A stretch of DNA of 63,568 bases, filler included, from an uncultured Methanoregulaceae archaeon (GTDB lineage: Archaea > Halobacteriota > Methanomicrobia > Methanomicrobiales > Methanospirillaceae), in assembly GCA_964530035.1 (NCBI GenBank). It is 14 parts of 14 records of this genome, joined end to end, with 100 filler letters (N's around TTAATTAATTAA, not from the genome) between each part and the next. Parts side by side here need not be neighbours in the genome. Positions count along the whole stretch, not along the records: positions 59,576 to 63,568 come from CAZGXZ010000191.1; 13 more parts are not named here. One strand, written 5' to 3'. The position numbers and the translations under genes are program-made. This document shows, piece after piece, positions 59,903-63,568 of the stretch (position 1 is the first letter of the stretch; every line of letters begins with the position of its first letter). Below the pieces are notes generated by a model. It saw only the letters and a list, made by a program, of their open reading frames with translations, did no database searches and was not told where the DNA came from.

Positions 59903-60538
59903 CTACCAGAGCATAACCGGCCAGAACCCTTCCGCCCCGGGTATCATGACCGTCTGGTACGGCGCCGGTTGCGAGAACGGGGACAAGGGAGTCATGGGAA
60001 TGCCTGTTTCATTGGTATACCAGGGATTTTTAAAACTGGTATAAGGATTGAAGGGTGCGTATTTATCCGGGATTCCTTCCACGAAAACGACATTCTGACT
60101 TGGTAACTGCCTGGGGAACTGCATGTACGGCACGATGATGCTGCCGTCGCTCCTCACCCGGGAGCCCTGTGTCAGGTAGGTAACTTCCCCGGACGGACCC
60201 ACCGCTATCGCCTTGTCGGCATACCTCGTGCCGTTCGGGGTCTCGAGGATGACCCTCGTGTCCCAGGGGTTTGAAGACGGGATGAGCCCTTTGGACCCGA
60301 GAATGTAATAGACTGTTGTAACGGCGGCCTGGGGAACAGCCGTGGGGCTCACGGCCGGCACCGGGGTGGTTGGGATGGGCACTTGAGTAGGCCGGTCCTG
60401 TATATACTGGCCAAGCGGCTTGTATACCGGGACACGGGCGCCGAACTTACCGACGAGGTCGCTCCCATCGACCGCCATGAAACCCGAAAGGATGATGGTT
60501 GCGATGAAAACGACCAGGACATACCGGGAGAGTGTCAT
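59903..60538 (-). CDS. Secreted Pro/Thr-rich hypothetical protein (paralog 1)
   Basis: Signal peptide; shares motifs with 60656-61333. Confidence 0.75.
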   Translation of the reverse strand: MTLSRYVLVVFIATIILSGFMAVDGSDLVGKFGARVPVYKPLGQYIQDRPTQVPIPTTPVPAVSPTAVPQAAVTTVYYILGSKGLIPSSNPWDTRVILETPNGTRYADKAIAVGPSGEVTYLTQGSRVRSDGSIIVPYMQFPRQLPSQNVVFVEGIPDKYAPFNPYTSFKNPWYTNETGIPMTPLSPFSQPAPYQTVMIPGAEGFWPVMLW

Positions 60539-60655
60539 GGTTGATCACACATTTCCCCATATGGACCACAGGATTAAAGCATTTCGGGTTGTGACACCTT
60601 GGATGCTCAATTGTGAAAAAAAGAATCTCGTAGGGCGACGCTGGTCCTCACCAGC

Positions 60656-61333
60656 CTATCCGAATATTCCCCCGGTCGATACCCCGGGTGCCGGGAGGAG
60701 CAGGGGGAGCTCCCAGGACTTTGAACTGAGGGGGGAGAGCCAGTTCGAGAAATTGAATCCCTGGCTGCTCCCGTAGGTCCATGGCTGCTGTGAGGAGGTT
60801 GTGGTCGTCGGGAACGACGGTGATGGGAATGACAGGTATTTCGCCGGGATGCCTTCCTTGAACACGAACGGTTTTCCCGTTATGGTCACGGTCTGTTCTG
60901 AAAACGGGTAGTGCAGTATGCCCGAGCGGTCCAGCATGGAACCCCTCGGGAACGTGATGCTCCGTCCGTCAGGCAACACCGCGACCGCCTCCTCGACGAG
61001 GATGGACGTCATCGGCATCTGGAGGATGATCCTCATGTCGGTCGAGGGGTCGGGTGCCACCCCGGTCCCAAGCGGTCCGACCCGGTAGTAGATGGTCGTG
61101 CTCCGCACGGGTGTCGCCGTGGGTGTGGGGGTTTTCGACGGAACAGGGGTTGTCAGGTTCTGCCGGTCCTTGAGGTACAGGTTGAACGGCTTGTACGAAG
61201 GACTTTTAATACCGGCCGGGGTGAACTTCTGACTTAAACCCGTCGTTTTCTGGAACACGGTGGCGAGCGCGGGCGTGACGATCACGACAGTGACAAGGCA
61301 GAGGACCAGTACGGGCGTGATGCGGTTATTCAT
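60656..61333 (-). CDS. Secreted Pro/Thr-rich hypothetical protein (paralog 2)
   Basis: Signal peptide (..PALA); shares motifs with 59903-60538. Confidence 0.75.
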   Translation of the reverse strand: MNNRITPVLVLCLVTVVIVTPALATVFQKTTGLSQKFTPAGIKSPSYKPFNLYLKDRQNLTTPVPSKTPTPTATPVRSTTIYYRVGPLGTGVAPDPSTDMRIILQMPMTSILVEEAVAVLPDGRSITFPRGSMLDRSGILHYPFSEQTVTITGKPFVFKEGIPAKYLSFPSPSFPTTTTSSQQPWTYGSSQGFNFSNWLSPLSSKSWELPLLLPAPGVSTGGIFG

Positions 61334-61673
61334 AGCTCGTGTCTATGTTTCAGAGGGGATGAGCTTTGTGCTCGCGGCATGCCGGTTCCACCTCCAATAA
61401 CGCCGATTTTTCTTCCAGCGCGAAGCAATTATCACCCCTTCTGATCCCCTTCAGGGGAGGAAGCGGCCTGCCAGTCCCGAAGGGCCCCCATCAGGGGAAG
61501 AATGACAACGGGACGAGGATGAATGGAATGCAGGAATTCGGTGAAGACCATGCCAGGAAGGAACCCGGGGTATTCAAAATTATCCGCCCCGGCATGACAG
61601 ATGAACCAGGACCATACATCTCCATTTTTATTCACCCAGTTATTGCGATCTCCATAAGCTGTAATTCCGATCA

Positions 61674-61986
61674 TAGGATCCAGCAGAGTCGATTTTTTGG
61701 TTTTCACCTCGAGCAGGCAGAAGATGAGAGGAATGAGAACCGGGGGGCTGCCGCCCCCCAACCGCCTGCATACGATAGTCATGGCAAGCCGTTGGCGATT
61801 CTTTGACCAGGGATGATTGTGGTATGTTTTTTAGAGAATCAGTCCTCAAAGGGATTTTTTTTCGATTAGAAATCGTACTAAAGGGCCGTGAGACCGCCGC
61901 CGGGGCGCCCTTCGGGGGCGGCGGCATATCGTCCGGGGGGTGTGGGGGTAAAGCCCCCACTGAAGGCTGATTGTTTGTGAGATATC
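61674..61986 (-). repeat. Dispersed ~310-bp hairpin-rich non-coding element, copy 2 (inverted relative to copy 1)
   Basis: Reverse complement aligns by eye with 41583-41896. Confidence 0.9.
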
Positions 61987-62168
61987 TGGACAGAATGTGA
62001 GAATAAGTTAAGACAGGATACACCCTGGGCGGCTGCAGCATGCCTTTAAGGGGGTGCGGGGGCGAAGCCCCCCTGATGGGTTGATGTTGAGAAGAGATCG
62101 GGGAAGGTGATAATGAGAGATCCCGATCAGCAACGGTTCATGGCCGGTATCTGACAGGGGAACGGGAG

Positions 62169-63568
62169 TTATTTTTTCTGGGCCTTCATTGAGGGTCTGA
62201 CCATTTTTTCAGGCCTCACGTGCCGGTCGAACTCCTCGCCGGTCAGGTACCCGAGCTGAAGGCAGGCTTCACGGAGGGTGAGCCCGTTCACATGGGCGGT
62301 ATGGGCGATCTCAGCCGCACGGTCGTACCCGATGACCGGAGACAGGGCGGTGACATGCATGAGGGACTTCGTGAGGTATTCACCGATCCTTCCTTCATCA
62401 GCCCTGAGGTCACGCACCAGGTATGTGTTGAAGGAACGGCAGGAGTCCGAGAGGATCCGTATGGAATGGAGGAGGTTGGAGATCATGACCGGCTTGAAGA
62501 CGTTCAGCTCGAAGTTACCCTGAGTGCCTGCGAAGGCCACCGCGGTATCGTTCCCGATGACCTGGACACAGACCATGGTCATCGCTTCGCACTGCGTCGG
62601 GTTTACCTTTCCCGGCATGATCGAGGAGCCCGGCTCGTTCTCGGGGAGGAGGAGCTCACCTATCCCGCACCGGGGCCCGGACCCGAGCCATCGGATATCG
62701 TTGGCAATTTTGAAAAGCGAGGTGGCGAGCGTCCTGACGGCACCGCTGGTCATCACGATGGCGTCGTGGGCTGACAACTCGGCAAACGGATTTTTCGCCG
62801 CCCTGAACGGGTGCCCCGTCATAAGCGCTATATGGGCGGCCGCACGGCTGCCGAAATCAGGGTGGGCGTTTAAACCGGTCCCGACCGCAGTCCCCCCGAG
62901 GGCGAGGTCGTACAGCCCGGGAAGGGTGGACTCGACCTGGCGGATCCCATGCTCGAGGAGGGCGACATACCCTGAAAACTCCTGGCCGAGCGTCATCGGG
63001 ACAGCGTCCTGGAGGTGGGTCCTCCCGATCTTCACGATATGGTCGAAAGCGACCGATTTTTCATTGAGACCATCACGGAGCTCCCTGACCGCCGGCAGGA
63101 GCTGGCCGTCGATGGCAAGGACGGCGGCGATGTGCATGACGGCCGGGAAGGTATCGTTCGAGGACTGGGACGCATTGACATGGTCGTTCGGGTGGACCGG
63201 GACCTTGCTGCCGATGACCCCGCCGGCCATCTCAATCGCACGGTTCGCGATGACCTCGTTTGCATTCATGTTGGTCTGGGTGCCGCTCCCGGTCTGCCAG
63301 ACCCTGAGGGGGAATTCGGCATCCAGTTTCCCGGAGATGACCTCGTCGGCTGCAGCGGCGATAACCTTTCCCTTGTCACCGGGGATGACGGACAACTCAA
63401 CATTTGCAAGGGCTGCGGCCTTTTTCAGGACGCCGAAGGCCCTGACCACCTGCAACGGCATGACATCGTCGCCGATGTCGAAATGGACCAGCGAACGCTG
63501 GGTCTGGGCGCCCCAGTAATGGTCAGCCGGGACCTCGATCTTTCCCATGCTGTCCGATTCCGTCCGGG
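62169..63568 (-). CDS. fumC: Class II fumarate hydratase (start lies beyond the window edge)
   Basis: [48 protein letters not shown]. Confidence 0.96.
   Translation of the reverse strand, partial: RTESDSMGKIEVPADHYWGAQTQRSLVHFDIGDDVMPLQVVRAFGVLKKAAALANVELSVIPGDKGKVIAAAADEVISGKLDAEFPLRVWQTGSGTQTNMNANEVIANRAIEMAGGVIGSKVPVHPNDHVNASQSSNDTFPAVMHIAAVLAIDGQLLPAVRELRDGLNEKSVAFDHIVKIGRTHLQDAVPMTLGQEFSGYVALLEHGIRQVESTLPGLYDLALGGTAVGTGLNAHPDFGSRAAAHIALMTGHPFRAAKNPFAELSAHDAIVMTSGAVRTLATSLFKIANDIRWLGSGPRCGIGELLLPENEPGSSIMPGKVNPTQCEAMTMVCVQVIGNDTAVAFAGTQGNFELNVFKPVMISNLLHSIRILSDSCRSFNTYLVRDLRADEGRIGEYLTKSLMHVTALSPVIGYDRAAEIAHTAHVNGLTLREACLQLGYLTGEEFDRHVRPEKMVRPSMKAQKK

Noticed and set aside
1..63568. CRISPR array or cas genes
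   Set aside because: No regularly spaced direct repeats or Cas motifs were seen.

Overview
This window is not contiguous genome. It holds 14 short contigs (about 4.0-4.9 kb, in decreasing length) joined by 13 artificial 100-nt spacers (N44-TTAATTAATTAA-N44). Gene content points to a draft or metagenome-assembled methanogenic archaeon, probably Methanomicrobiales (FrhB-family subunit, FdhC, MptE, DUF2193, archaellum genes, archaeal ProRS); that assignment is inference. Most contigs are housekeeping: hisD, phosphate and zinc transport, glycogen metabolism, glutamate synthase, fla genes, proS, fumC, tRNAs and 5S rRNA. The standout is contig 19470-24086, which looks like an archaeal lasso-peptide (RiPP) gene cluster. 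It carries an Asn-synthetase-like cyclase fragment, two related precursor peptides (one missing from the ORF track), a phosphoribosyltransferase-like protein fused to a PqqD/RRE leader-binding domain, an HPr-kinase-like peptide kinase and an ABC exporter. Other items of note are a tRNA-Leu-adjacent integrative element with a primase-helicase, a diverged ~310-bp hairpin-rich non-coding repeat present twice, a PAS-fused diadenylate cyclase, a stand-alone triple-Cache lipoprotein, and a 55-nt exact overlap that joins two contigs. All family assignments come from motifs recognised by eye; no searches were run.
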